A DNA stretch of 64,000 bases from Actinomycetota bacterium (GCA_046735375.1 JBKPTD010000007.1:2545-66544); one strand, 5' to 3'. Counted from the stretch's first letter, positions 21,871 through 36,807 are shown. The notes: a model not told the origin generated them from the letters alone. A program made the numbers and translations.

Positions 21871-22965
21871 ATGACTGAGTCCGACTTCAAGCCCGGACTC
21901 GAGGGCGTGATCGCTTTCGAGACCGAGATCGCCGAGCCGGACAAGGAGGGTGGCTCGCTGCGCTATCGGGGCGTCGACATCGAGGATCTCGTCGGCCGGG
22001 TCTCGTTCGGCAACGTTTGGGGACTTCTCGTCGACAACGAGTTCAACCCTGGCTTGCCGCCGGCCGAGCCGTTCCCCATCCCGGTGCACTCGGGCGACGT
22101 CCGTGTCGATGTCCAGAGTGCGATCGCGATGCTCGCTCCGGCCTGGGGCCTGCGGCCGCTATACGACATCGACAAGGCGCAGGCGCGGGATGATCTGGCG
22201 CGGACCGCCGTCATGGTGCTCTCCTACGTGGCGCAGTCGGCGCGCGGGACCGGCGTACCGATGGTGCCGCAGAGCGAGATCGACAAGGCGGAGACCATCG
22301 TCGAGCGTTTCATGATCCGGTGGCGGGCGGAGCCAGATCCGCGCCACGTGCGCGCTGTGGATGCCTATTGGACCTCTGCCGCCGAGCACGGCATGAACGC
22401 CTCGACGTTCACGGCTCGTGTTGTCGCCTCTACCGGCGCCGACGTCGCCGCGTGCATGTCCGCCGCGGTCGGCGCGATATCCGGCCCGCTGCACGGTGGC
22501 GCGCCGTCGCGTGTGCTCGGGATGATCGAGGAGGTGGGGCGGACCGGTGACGCGGTCGGATACGTCAAACAGGTGCTGGACTCCGGCGAACGGCTGATGG
22601 GCTTCGGTCACCGGGTCTACCGCGCGGAGGATCCGCGAGCGCGGGTTCTGCGGCGCACGGCCAAGGAGCTCGACGCCCCCCGCTATGAGGTGGCAGTCGC
22701 ATTGGAGAAGGCAGCACTCGACGAACTCCGCGCGAGGCGACCCGACCGCGTTCTCGAAACCAACGTCGAGTTCTGGGCGGCGATCGTGCTGGACTTCGCC
22801 GAGGTACCGCCGCACATGTTCACGGCGATGTTCACCTGCGCGCGGACGGCAGGCTGGAGTGCCCACATCCTCGAGCAGAAGGAGACCGGCCGGCTGATCC
22901 GCCCGTCGGCCCGCTACATCGGTCCCGGTCCGCGCAAGCCCGAGGATGTTGAAGGCTCGATCTGA
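21871..22965 (+). CDS. citA: Citrate synthase 2 (actinobacterial CitA type)
   Basis: FKPGLEGV, AEHGMNASTF, GPLHGGAP and ETNVEFW motifs; AGGAG RBS. Confidence 0.95.
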   Translation: MTESDFKPGLEGVIAFETEIAEPDKEGGSLRYRGVDIEDLVGRVSFGNVWGLLVDNEFNPGLPPAEPFPIPVHSGDVRVDVQSAIAMLAPAWGLRPLYDIDKAQARDDLARTAVMVLSYVAQSARGTGVPMVPQSEIDKAETIVERFMIRWRAEPDPRHVRAVDAYWTSAAEHGMNASTFTARVVASTGADVAACMSAAVGAISGPLHGGAPSRVLGMIEEVGRTGDAVGYVKQVLDSGERLMGFGHRVYRAEDPRARVLRRTAKELDAPRYEVAVALEKAALDELRARRPDRVLETNVEFWAAIVLDFAEVPPHMFTAMFTCARTAGWSAHILEQKETGRLIRPSARYIGPGPRKPEDVEGSI

Positions 22966-23078
22966 GGCACGCAAGCCGAGGCGCCCGGCCGGCGTCATCC
23001 ACGCCTCCGGCTCTCTCGGTTCCATGCGTGGATGCGACCGCGGCGCCGAGGCTGTCGGCGCATCCCGCGGTCATCCGT

Positions 23079-27615
<4,537 letters not shown>

Positions 27616-27936
27616 TCAGCCTCTCAGGCGCGCGGCGCGGGACGAGCAGGGACAGCCGGGCAAGCTCGATCACCTTGCTGGCTCGCGACGGGCCAACCAA
27701 GACCGCCACCAACGAGATAGCCCGCACGCGCCAAGCAGGTCCACCGACGATCCAGTACCCGGATCATCGCAGGCAGCTTGGGACGCCGCGATCACCACAG
27801 GTGAGTACCACCCGCTGCGGGCTGCGGGTTGAACCACGGCGACCGTGCCACGATGCGTCTCAACCACGGAGCATGGACGATGCTGTAGAGGCGAGGCTGA
27901 GCCACCGACTCACGTTGGTCAGCAAGCGATGGAGTA

Positions 27937-28851
27937 ATGGGGCAAGATCACGCACACGGCACCGCGGCCGCGCGAGCAAGCGAGCGCTATCGGCCCCGGC
28001 TCGTCGTCGCCTTCACGCTCGCCGCGATGTTCCTGGTGGTCGAGACCATCGTGGCGTTCGTCACCCAGTCGCTTGTGCTGCTGTCCGACGCAGGTCACAT
28101 GCTCACCGACGTCGTCGGCGTCGGTATGGCGCTCGCGGCCATCACGGTCGCCTCGAGAGCAGGTGGTGGGCGAGGGCGCCAGACCTTCGGCCTCTACCGC
28201 TTGGAGGTTCTCGCGGCGCTCGCCAACGCCTTCCTGCTCTTCGGAGTGGCGGGCTATGTGCTGTGGGCGGCGGTCCGGCGACTCGGCGATCCTATTGACG
28301 TACCGGCCGCGCCGGTTCTCGCCGTCGCCGCCGTCGGACTCGCCCTTAATCTGGTCAGCTATGTACTGCTTCGGCGGGGCGCCGAGGAAAGTCTGAGCGT
28401 TCGGGGAGCTGCCCTCGAGGTCCTCGCTGATGCTGTCGGCTCGGCGGTCGTCCTCGTCGCGGCCGGCGTCTGGAGTATCACCGGCTGGGACTGGGTCGAC
28501 CCGGTGGCCGCGATAGGGCTGGGCATATTCATCCTGCCGAGGACCGCGCGCCTGGCCGCCCAGGCGCTGCGGGTGCTGCTGCAGGCCGCCCCACAGCACA
28601 TCGACCTCGCCGGAGTACGGGCGGACCTGGCCGACATCCCTGGCGTGCTCGACGTACACGACCTCCACGTCTGGACTCTGACCTCGGACATGGAGGTGGC
28701 GACAGCGCACGTCATGATCGGCCCAAGCACCGACTCACACGCGGTGCTGGACCAGGCACAGCAGCGACTGCGCGAGCGTCATGGGGTCAAGCATGCAACG
28801 CTGCAGCTCGAGCCGAGCGACCACACCGGATGCGACGAGGTCGGCTGGTAG
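27937..28851 (+). CDS. Cation diffusion facilitator (CzcD/ZitB-like)
   Basis: LSDAGHMLTD, TFGLYRLE, VHDLHVW and HATLQLE motifs. Confidence 0.93.
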   Translation: MGQDHAHGTAAARASERYRPRLVVAFTLAAMFLVVETIVAFVTQSLVLLSDAGHMLTDVVGVGMALAAITVASRAGGGRGRQTFGLYRLEVLAALANAFLLFGVAGYVLWAAVRRLGDPIDVPAAPVLAVAAVGLALNLVSYVLLRRGAEESLSVRGAALEVLADAVGSAVVLVAAGVWSITGWDWVDPVAAIGLGIFILPRTARLAAQALRVLLQAAPQHIDLAGVRADLADIPGVLDVHDLHVWTLTSDMEVATAHVMIGPSTDSHAVLDQAQQRLRERHGVKHATLQLEPSDHTGCDEVGW

Positions 28852-30498
28852 CTACGACCACGGGGCCGGCTCGCTGTCCTCGGCGTTGCCGACAGCCCGG
28901 CGGGCGGCCGCCGCGATCGCTGGCCCGCCGGCACCTGGCGGGACGATGGCCGCAAGGTGGGCATCGGGCCTGATGAGAAAGGTCTCACCCACCCGAGCAC
29001 CGAGCGCGTCCTTGAGTTGGCCACCGATGTCGATCTCGGGAATCGAGCACGCATGGCAGGGCGAGGCCACGGCATCCTGCAGGGTTGCTTCTGTCGCTCG
29101 GGTATCGACCTCGGCCGAGGTCAGCGCCAAGAAGCCGTCCCTGGCGATTTCGCGCAGCCGGGTCACCGCGGGCCGGTCCACGAGCTTGATGGGCGTGTCC
29201 GGGACGATCACACCCGGCGCGGTGGCAGGCAGCTGCCCACGCGGCGGTCGGGACGGCGCCGGCCGGCTCGGATCGGGAGTCGTGAGCGGCGACCCCGCGT
29301 ACCAGAAAGGTTCCGCCAAGCGGCCGGAATCGACCCGGGACGCCGCTGCGGGATCATGCGATGCGGCTTCCAGAGCATCGCGACGAGCCATCAGCTCGTC
29401 GCCGGTATGCGGCACCAGGAACCGCATGGTGGCGCCGGTCACCTCGAGGTTTTCCAGGGCTGCCGCGTGACGCTCCTCGTGATAGGACTCGAGCAGCGAT
29501 TCGGGCGCCCATCCATAGCGGACGAACGCGATCTTCCACGCCGCATTCTCGACATCCTGGACGCCCGAATTGAGCCCGCGAGCGCCGAAGGGCGCCATGA
29601 CGTGGGCGGCGTCGCCGGCGAGCAACACGCGGCCGACCCGCATCCGGTCGACCCGTTGGGACGCGAAGCTGTACACCGACCGCCAAACGACCTTGTACGC
29701 CCTGTCGCCGACGATCTGCCCGATCCGCTCGTCCAGCCGGCCGCTGCGTTCCTCGGCATCAAGGTCGAACCCAGGCGGGACTTGCCAGTCGATGCGGTAC
29801 GTCGACCCAGGGCATGGATGGATAAGAACCTGCCGCCCCGGGTTCCACGCTGGATCGAAATAGAACCGCCGCTCGACCTCCCAGCCGGGAAGGTCAGCCT
29901 TGATGTCGCAGATCAGGAATTGGTCGTCGAAGCTCGGCCCGCCGAATGCGAGGCCGAGAGAATTCCTGAGCTCGTCGGCGCGCCCGCCGGCACAGACGAT
30001 CGCGAAGCTGCTGAGGACAGTCGCGAGACCGCTATCGGTGCGGCAGGTGATGGACACCCCGGTGGCGTGCTGGTCGATGGCGACTGCCTCATGACCCCAC
30101 CGCGTCTCGATCAAAGGAGACGCCTCCACCCGTTCGGCGAGGATCTCTTCCGTACGCGACTGGGAGATGTTGACGAAGGGCGGGAAAGGCGAGTGACCTG
30201 GGTCCGCGAGTGTGAGCGCGAAGAGCTCCTGCTCACGCCAATAGGTTCGTGCTGTCCGCCAGGTAACGCCTTCGGCCGCGATCTGCTCGCCTGCGCCCAC
30301 CGCCGCCCAGATGTCGAGCACGTCCCGGTGCTGGCAGATCGAGCGTGACCCGACGACATGGCGGGCTGTCCGCCGTTCGAGCAGCACGACGCGCAGGTTC
30401 CACCGGGCGAGCAGCAGGGCCGCACTTAGCCCCACCGGTCCACTGCCGACGACGGCGACCGGCCGCCCGGCCGTGGGAACGTACTCCGCGGTGCTCAC
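28852..30498 (-). CDS. FAD-dependent aromatic monooxygenase (MhpA/PheA-like)
   Basis: GSGPVG and GDAAHVMAPFGARGLNSG motifs; C-terminal LIRPD. Confidence 0.9.
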   Translation of the reverse strand: MSTAEYVPTAGRPVAVVGSGPVGLSAALLLARWNLRVVLLERRTARHVVGSRSICQHRDVLDIWAAVGAGEQIAAEGVTWRTARTYWREQELFALTLADPGHSPFPPFVNISQSRTEEILAERVEASPLIETRWGHEAVAIDQHATGVSITCRTDSGLATVLSSFAIVCAGGRADELRNSLGLAFGGPSFDDQFLICDIKADLPGWEVERRFYFDPAWNPGRQVLIHPCPGSTYRIDWQVPPGFDLDAEERSGRLDERIGQIVGDRAYKVVWRSVYSFASQRVDRMRVGRVLLAGDAAHVMAPFGARGLNSGVQDVENAAWKIAFVRYGWAPESLLESYHEERHAAALENLEVTGATMRFLVPHTGDELMARRDALEAASHDPAAASRVDSGRLAEPFWYAGSPLTTPDPSRPAPSRPPRGQLPATAPGVIVPDTPIKLVDRPAVTRLREIARDGFLALTSAEVDTRATEATLQDAVASPCHACSIPEIDIGGQLKDALGARVGETFLIRPDAHLAAIVPPGAGGPAIAAAARRAVGNAEDSEPAPWS

Positions 30499-30516
30499 TG
30501 ACGCAGGTTAGTGCCG

Positions 30517-30681
30517 CTAGTGGTCGCGCCCGTGAGTCCCGCGGTGTAGGCGGAGTCCGGCCGGATGCATCGCAAGGCGGAGGAGGCGGCCGCTAGCGGC
30601 GCTGACGGCGACGACGACAACGGGGCGAGGCGCCGGCCGGGCCCGTCATACCCGCGCGGTACTTACGGGCGCGACCACTAG
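30517..30681. mobile_element. CTAG-flanked MITE-like element, copy B
   Basis: CTAG at both ends; 17-bp TIR tggtcgcgcccgtRagt (16/17); close match along its length to 59246-59412; right CTAG contains the MBL gene stop. Confidence 0.85.
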
Positions 30682-31640
30682 TCCTGGAGAGCGGCCCAGA
30701 CTTCGCGGTCACGCTCGGCGGTCCAGATGCGCGGCCAGTCGATACCGTCGAGCTCGTCCCACAGCCGCTGGACGTTGAACGGCAGGGTGTGCTCGAAGAT
30801 CGGCCATGATCCGTACGTTGGGGCGAGGGTTGCGTGTGTCCCCTCGAAGGCGCCCTTGACGGTTCCGCCCGCCGCGTGGACTGCGCCCACTTCGCGCTGC
30901 ATCACCGCGAGGAAGTCGCGGGTCTGGGCGATGGCGGCACCGACAGCCTCCTCGCCGTACACGACCGCTCCCCGTCCACCGATCAACGCGCGTGCCCCGA
31001 GATCGGCCACCCGATCGAGCGTGCCACCGGCCCAGTCGTAGTGGAAGGCGTCACCTGTGTACAGCGCGGCTTGCGCCTCGACCAAGTCACCGGCGAAGAG
31101 GACCCCGTGACGAGGCAGCCAGGCGACGATGTCGCCGGCGGTGTGGCCTCGGCCGCAGTAGGCGAGGACAAGCTCGCCGCGATCACCCCCGAGGTCGATC
31201 GTGAGCCGGTCGTTGAAGGTCACCGTCGGCCAGGTCAGGCCTGGGATCGACGCCGGCTCCTTGAACAGTCGGGGCATACGGGCGAGCTCACTGGCCCAGT
31301 CCTGTTCGCCGCGCTCGGCGATGAGGTGCTTGGTCATGTCATGCGCAATGACGGCGACGGCGTCGAAAGCCGACGCGCCCAGAACCCGAACGGCGTGGTA
31401 GTGCGAGAGCGCTAGATAGCGAATGGGCTTGTCGGTGTGCTCTCGCAGTCTGGCGAGCCACTCGCGGGCGGCGACAGGTGTCGCGCGGGCCTCGATGCAG
31501 ACCAGAAAATCCTCGCCTTCGACCGCGCCCACGTTCGGATCGCCCTGCGCGGTCAGCGCCCAAACGCCGTCGGCCACGACTTCGAGAGTCTCGGTCTTGG
31601 CATCGAGATCGGCCGACGACGCGAACGGTTTTGATCCCAT
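30678..31640 (-). CDS. MBL-fold metallo-hydrolase
   Basis: SHYHAVR variant motif, GHTAGD and FAGDL; adjacent to the FAD monooxygenase. Confidence 0.88.
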   Translation of the reverse strand: MGSKPFASSADLDAKTETLEVVADGVWALTAQGDPNVGAVEGEDFLVCIEARATPVAAREWLARLREHTDKPIRYLALSHYHAVRVLGASAFDAVAVIAHDMTKHLIAERGEQDWASELARMPRLFKEPASIPGLTWPTVTFNDRLTIDLGGDRGELVLAYCGRGHTAGDIVAWLPRHGVLFAGDLVEAQAALYTGDAFHYDWAGGTLDRVADLGARALIGGRGAVVYGEEAVGAAIAQTRDFLAVMQREVGAVHAAGGTVKGAFEGTHATLAPTYGSWPIFEHTLPFNVQRLWDELDGIDWPRIWTAERDREVWAALQD

Positions 31641-31712
31641 CGGGCCTCCGCTCCATGGAGCGCGTCCGTGCGCTCCTGTCTCGTGTCGCCCTCGTACGAA
31701 GAAGCGCCACGC

Positions 31713-32783
31713 CTAACGTTTCTTGCTGCGACGCGCGGCCACAACACGGTAGACCCCGAACAAGGCGACGCCTGAGGCGGCGAGGGCGAGCAGGTTGCCG
31801 CCGAACGCCCACGGCGACTCCTCCCCGGTGCCGTCCTCGGATGTCTCCTTGGTCGGCTTGGGTGACGATGACCCTGACGGCTGGGGCAGTGCGCTCGGCG
31901 GGAGTGGGACCTGCCAGACCTGACTCCCGACACCTTCCGAACCAACGAGCAGCGACTTGGCATCCCTGGTGAAGGTCACGGCCTCGCCCTGCGGCTGCAG
32001 CGGCAGCGTGATGCGCGCCAGCCTGTCCCCGTCAGGTTCGGCGTAAATGTGGGCGAAGACATAGTCGCGCAGGACCATACGGCGCCCATCCGGTGAGAAG
32101 GCACCGTCGGTGATCGTCGGTGGCGCCGGGGCGATGCGGCGGAGCATGTTGACCTTGTCCTCGCTAAGCTCGTCCATCGGCGGGGCTATGTAGATCCCGG
32201 CGTCCTGGGACTCCTTCGAGACGACGTAGATGCGGTTCTCGCGCGGGTCGATAAGCAGCGCCTCTGCATTGCGCGGTCCGTCCTCGTACTTGAAGCGGAA
32301 CCTCGTCGCGGTCAGCGTCTTCGTCGCGAGCGTGTCCTGCTCCAAGAAGCGATAAACCCAGACCTCAGGCCATGCGCCGCCGAAGTTGTCCCCGATGTCG
32401 CCGACAAAGATGGCGGGGGCGCCGGAAGGGCTCCTGCCGATGGCGATGCCTTCCCAATCCCTGGGTGTCACTCCGCGCAGGGTGTAGACGGCCCTGGTCT
32501 GGCCTTCGCGGTCAACCGCGTAGACCCTCGCCGCCGTTTCGTTGTCATTGTGTGTATAGACGATCCCGGGGTGGACGGCGCTCGATGCGAGCCCGCTGGA
32601 CTCGGTGATGCGGTCGTCCGCATAGCTGAAGACCGGTCGCGGACCCGACTCCTGAGCTGAGGCCGGAAGGGCGGGCGAGAGCAGGATCGCCGGAGTCAGG
32701 ACGGCAAACATGACGGCGCCCGCGACCGTCCGGCGTTCAACGGCCCGCTGCCTCGCGATACGAGGAGATCGCGATCCGCTCAT
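31713..32783 (-). CDS. Secreted beta-propeller-like protein with C-terminal TM anchor
   Basis: ESSGLA, DWEGIA, GDIGDN, NAEAL and QGEAV repeats; start uncertain. Confidence 0.75.
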   Translation of the reverse strand: MSGSRSPRIARQRAVERRTVAGAVMFAVLTPAILLSPALPASAQESGPRPVFSYADDRITESSGLASSAVHPGIVYTHNDNETAARVYAVDREGQTRAVYTLRGVTPRDWEGIAIGRSPSGAPAIFVGDIGDNFGGAWPEVWVYRFLEQDTLATKTLTATRFRFKYEDGPRNAEALLIDPRENRIYVVSKESQDAGIYIAPPMDELSEDKVNMLRRIAPAPPTITDGAFSPDGRRMVLRDYVFAHIYAEPDGDRLARITLPLQPQGEAVTFTRDAKSLLVGSEGVGSQVWQVPLPPSALPQPSGSSSPKPTKETSEDGTGEESPWAFGGNLLALAASGVALFGVYRVVAARRSKKR

Positions 32784-32911
32784 CTCCACCGGCGGCAGGC
32801 TACCTGAGACACGAGGCCCCCTCCTCGAACCAACGCGGGTTCGGCCGGTCGAAGAGTGTGATCGCCGGAAGCTGCAGGCTGGATCAGCGGGCACGTTCCC
32901 CCTAGGCTGCT

Positions 32912-34315
32912 CTACCGCAGCTGTTGCGGCAGGTGGTCGGCCACGAGATCAGCCAGATAAGGCCGTACAGACCACTCGCGGACAAGGTCGGCATATTCCT
33001 CGATCAGCCGAGCCGTCGGCGGTGCGCCGGTGCGGACGGCACGGATCAGGACGTTACGCGGTGTGTGCTGGGTCGGGACGAACTCGATAACCTCGACGCG
33101 ATAGCCGGCCAGGCGCAAGAGTGCCGCGCGCAACGCGTCGGTGAGCACGTCGGCGAACCGCTCCCTAAGGATCCCGTGCCGGGTCACCAGGCCGTATGGC
33201 CGCGGTGGCGCGGACCGCCGCAGCTGAACCTGAATGTTGTGGTGGCAGCACGGTGCGGCCAGGATCACCGGGGCCTGCCAGCGAATGCCGCGGGCAAGCG
33301 CGTCGTCGGTCGCGGTGTCGCACGCGTGCAGGGCGAGCACGAGGTCGGCGTCTCCGTCACCATCGGAGAAGTCGACCTGAGCGTCGCCGATCGTCCCCTG
33401 GATGAAGCGAACCCGATCCGACCAGCCGAGCCGGCGGGCGATTGCCGTGTTGCGGTCCCGCGCCTGTGCCTTGACATCGACGCCGACCAGCTCAACCGGT
33501 AGTCCGCGTCCGATCAGGAAGCTGTACGCGGCGAAGGTGAGGTAGGCGTTCCCACAACCAAGATCCACAACCCGTAGCGCCCGGCCCGGTCGGCCGTCCG
33601 CCTGCATGCCAAGGGCTGACCCGATGGAAGGCGCGGGCTCCTCCTCTTGCGGCCCGCCATGCTTAGTCAAGAGCGGCTCGAGTGCCCGGAGGAACTCCTC
33701 CACCTGCCGGTACTTGTCGCGCTTCGACGGCTTCACCGCACCATCGGCCGTCGTGATGCCCACCGCATACAGCATCGGATCGTCCAGCGGTAGCACCCGC
33801 GGCTTGATCCGGTCGTGGGCGCGGGCGGTCGGGGGCCGAGCGACCGACGCCGTGTGATCGGGACGGTCCAGAGGGGACTCCACCGCCGGTTGTGATGTGG
33901 TGCCGGCTCCTGGCCCACCGGGCGCTTCCGCGTCCCGCGGCGGCGCCGCTGACTGACGGGGGTCGGAAGCGGCACGGTGCAGCTGCCCATTCCCCTTCTT
34001 GGTCACCCGGAGCTGGACGGTCGTGTCCACAGTGTCGATATGCCAGCTACCGAACGGCTCGGCGAGAAGCTCCTTCACCGCGATCGCGGCGTCCGGCCCG
34101 TACTCCACGTTCTCGGTGAACGCGTGGCGCTCGTCGTACCGCACGATCTGCAGGCGGCGACCGGAGCGCAGGTCGACCGGCCTCAGCTCCGCGCGCCGCC
34201 AGCGCGGCGGGTCAGCACCGCGCCGAGTCCCCGCCGCGACAGCGCGGACGAGCCCGTCTGCGTCGAGGACCATGCGACCGATATCGGCCAGGGCCTCGTC
34301 GAGTGCCACCTGCAT
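32912..34315 (-). CDS. Class I SAM-dependent methyltransferase
   Basis: VVDLGCGNAYL, ALHACDTATD, APCCH and HTPRN motifs. Confidence 0.9.
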   Translation of the reverse strand: MQVALDEALADIGRMVLDADGLVRAVAAGTRRGADPPRWRRAELRPVDLRSGRRLQIVRYDERHAFTENVEYGPDAAIAVKELLAEPFGSWHIDTVDTTVQLRVTKKGNGQLHRAASDPRQSAAPPRDAEAPGGPGAGTTSQPAVESPLDRPDHTASVARPPTARAHDRIKPRVLPLDDPMLYAVGITTADGAVKPSKRDKYRQVEEFLRALEPLLTKHGGPQEEEPAPSIGSALGMQADGRPGRALRVVDLGCGNAYLTFAAYSFLIGRGLPVELVGVDVKAQARDRNTAIARRLGWSDRVRFIQGTIGDAQVDFSDGDGDADLVLALHACDTATDDALARGIRWQAPVILAAPCCHHNIQVQLRRSAPPRPYGLVTRHGILRERFADVLTDALRAALLRLAGYRVEVIEFVPTQHTPRNVLIRAVRTGAPPTARLIEEYADLVREWSVRPYLADLVADHLPQQLR

Positions 34316-34401
34316 ACCGTCAAGCTTCGCACCTGTGGACGGCGGAATGGTGGTGAGCGATCACCATCGACGCTCGGTGGACGCCGCTGGCGGGGGCCGC
34401 A

Positions 34402-34485
34402 TCATGTCAGCGCGCTGATCACGACCACGAGGATGAGGAGGGCGAGGACGGCCGGGATCAGGTACCGCCGCGTACGGGGGTCCAC
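34402..34485 (-). CDS. 27-aa single-TM small protein (MDPRTRRYLIPAVLALLILVVVISALT)
   Basis: Hand-translated; starts 12 bp after the thpR stop on the same strand; high GC3; basic N-terminus plus hydrophobic helix. Confidence 0.6.
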   Translation of the reverse strand: MDPRTRRYLIPAVLALLILVVVISALT

Positions 34486-34496
34486 AAGGGCCGAGG

Positions 34497-35075
34497 CTAA
34501 CCGGTCTTCGTGGCTGGCCCGCCGCCTGCCCGAGCAGCGCCCAGTGGCCAGCTGTTGAGGGTTGTGTACGTCGGCTTAGCGCCGAGTCGACTCTGGATCA
34601 AGTGAATCGCGTCTGCCGTCCACGTAGCGCCGGCGAAATCGGCGACGGAAGTGACCAACGGGCGGAGGTCGGCGTCACCGCGGGCATGGCTCCTGGCAAG
34701 CGTGAGATGGGGCCGGTACGGGCGATCGGCGAGATCGACACCTGCGCGTCTGGCTGCGGCTGCAACGCTCACTGCGAGAGCGCGCAGGCGGTCCCGATCG
34801 CCCCCCACACCTGCCCACAAGATGCTGTGGGTGAAACGCCCGCCGCCGCTGAACGACACCTCGAACGCCTCGTGTCGGTGTGCGGCCCGCCCTAGCCGCT
34901 CGGCGAGTCCGGGCGTGCGACGCTCCTCGACCTCGCCGAGGAATGCCAGCGTGACATGCCACTGATCACGCTTGGACCAGCGGAGGTCGGGTGCCGTCTG
35001 GCGCAGTCGGTTGATCTCCGCCGCGATCTCGTCGAGCACGGCCGCAGGCGGTACCAACGCCACGAACAGCCGCAT
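34497..35075 (-). CDS. thpR: RNA 2',3'-cyclic phosphodiesterase
   Basis: MRLFVAL start; 2H motifs HVTL and PHLTL. Confidence 0.93.
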   Translation of the reverse strand: MRLFVALVPPAAVLDEIAAEINRLRQTAPDLRWSKRDQWHVTLAFLGEVEERRTPGLAERLGRAAHRHEAFEVSFSGGGRFTHSILWAGVGGDRDRLRALAVSVAAAARRAGVDLADRPYRPHLTLARSHARGDADLRPLVTSVADFAGATWTADAIHLIQSRLGAKPTYTTLNSWPLGAARAGGGPATKTG

Positions 35076-35088
35076 GACGGGCAGGGTC

Positions 35089-36366
35089 TCAGCCAGTCGA
35101 AGCCATGTCGAGGCGATCGGCGACGGGGCGCAGCGCCACGTAGGGTCGCCGGGCTCGCGGTCGAATGGACAGGCCCGTGCGGCGAGCGATGACATAAGCG
35201 ATCACTATCGTCGCGCCCAGCGAGATCGCGCCGCCGCCGAGCAGGCTCCATCGCGGTCCGACCGCCTGGGCGAGCGCACCGATGATCGGGGCCCCGACTG
35301 GAGTACCGCCGAGGAAAACCATCATGTAGATCGCCATCACCCGGCCCCGCATTGCCGCTGTCGCGCCCAGCTGCATGATCGAGTTCGCGGCGGTGATGAA
35401 GGTCATGGCCGCGAAGCCGGTCGGGATCAACATAGCCAGGAACGTCCAGTACGACGGCATGAGCCCGCAGAGGACCTCTAGTGCACCAAAGGCAATCGCG
35501 GAGCCCACGACGAGTCTGATCCTTGGCCTGCCACGCCGGGCGGCTGCCAGGGCTCCCGCCAGCGTGCCGGTCGCGAGGGCGCTGGAGAGCAGGCCGAAGG
35601 AGTCCGCACCCCGTTCGAAAACCTGCTTAGCGAACAGCGCCATGGTCAGCTGGAAATTGAGCCCAAAGGTTCCGATGAAGAACACCGTGACGACGGTGAG
35701 CATGAGTGAAGGGCGCCGCGCGATGTATCGCACAGCGGCAGCCAGCTGACCCTTGCCCTTGGGTTGCGGCGGCGCAGGAGTTAGGTCGGCCGATCGCATT
35801 TTGCTGAGCGCGGTGAGCGTCGCCGCGAAGGAGAACGCGTTGAGCATGAACACAGGCCCGGTGCCGACGGCAGCGATGAGGACGCCTGCGACGGCCGGCC
35901 CGGCCAGCCTGGCGAGGTTGAACGACGCGCTGTTGAGAGCGACCGCGTTCGGGAGCCGCTCGGGCCCGACGATCTCGGACACAAAGGTCTGCCTCGCGGG
36001 GTTGTCGAACGCGGTGACTGTGCCCAGCAGGAACGCGAGGACATAGACGTGCCAGGCCTGCACCGCGCCGGTCACAGCCAGCACGCCCAGCATGAACGCC
36101 AGGGTCCCCATCGTCGATTGGGTGATCGCAAGAAGCCGCCGCTTCGAATAGCGGTCGGCCGCAATGCCGCCCCACGGACCGAACAGCAGGAAGGGCAGAA
36201 ACTGCAGCGCGACCGTCAGACCGAGGGCGGAGGCCGACCCGGTCAGCTGCAGCACCAGCCAGTCCTGGGCCACGCGCTGCATCCATGTTCCGATGTTCGA
36301 GATGACGGCCGCGCCGAAATAGAGCCGGTAGTTGCGGATGGTCAGTGATCGAAACGTTGGACTCAT
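35089..36366 (-). CDS. MFS transporter
   Basis: GTWMQRVAQDWLV and FDNPARQ motifs; ~12 TM. Confidence 0.92.
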   Translation of the reverse strand: MSPTFRSLTIRNYRLYFGAAVISNIGTWMQRVAQDWLVLQLTGSASALGLTVALQFLPFLLFGPWGGIAADRYSKRRLLAITQSTMGTLAFMLGVLAVTGAVQAWHVYVLAFLLGTVTAFDNPARQTFVSEIVGPERLPNAVALNSASFNLARLAGPAVAGVLIAAVGTGPVFMLNAFSFAATLTALSKMRSADLTPAPPQPKGKGQLAAAVRYIARRPSLMLTVVTVFFIGTFGLNFQLTMALFAKQVFERGADSFGLLSSALATGTLAGALAAARRGRPRIRLVVGSAIAFGALEVLCGLMPSYWTFLAMLIPTGFAAMTFITAANSIMQLGATAAMRGRVMAIYMMVFLGGTPVGAPIIGALAQAVGPRWSLLGGGAISLGATIVIAYVIARRTGLSIRPRARRPYVALRPVADRLDMASTG

Positions 36367-36806
36367 GATGCTGCGATGCGCTCCAGGATGGGTGTGGCGG
36401 CGTGCAGGACAGCTCGCTCCTCGGCAGTGAGTTCCGCGAGTCGCTTGGCCAGCCAGGCATCGCGCTTGCGGCGATCCGCACGCAAGATCGCAACCGCAGC
36501 TTTGGTTGGGCGGACGAGCTGCTGCCTCCGGTCGGTCGGATGGGGACTGCGCGTGATAAGGCCACGCTCTTCGAGACTGGCGAGGATCTTCGTCATCGAG
36601 GGCGGGCTGACCTTCTCGTGGTCGGCGAGCTCTCGCGGGGTGAGCTCAAGGTGTCGGTAGAGCGTGCCGAGGACGGCGAGCTGGGTCAGCGACAGCGTCA
36701 GATCGGTGCGCTCCTGGCGAAGCCTGCGCGCAAGCCGCAGAACGGAGAATCGCAGAGCGCTCCCCTGCACTAGATCCGCTGATGACAGCGCGGCCACAGT
36801 CTGCAT
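36363..36806 (-). CDS. MarR-family regulator
   Basis: ELADHEKVSPPSMT and PHPTDRRQ winged-helix pattern. Confidence 0.92.
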   Translation of the reverse strand: MQTVAALSSADLVQGSALRFSVLRLARRLRQERTDLTLSLTQLAVLGTLYRHLELTPRELADHEKVSPPSMTKILASLEERGLITRSPHPTDRRQQLVRPTKAAVAILRADRRKRDAWLAKRLAELTAEERAVLHAATPILERIAAS

Positions 36807-36807
36807 A

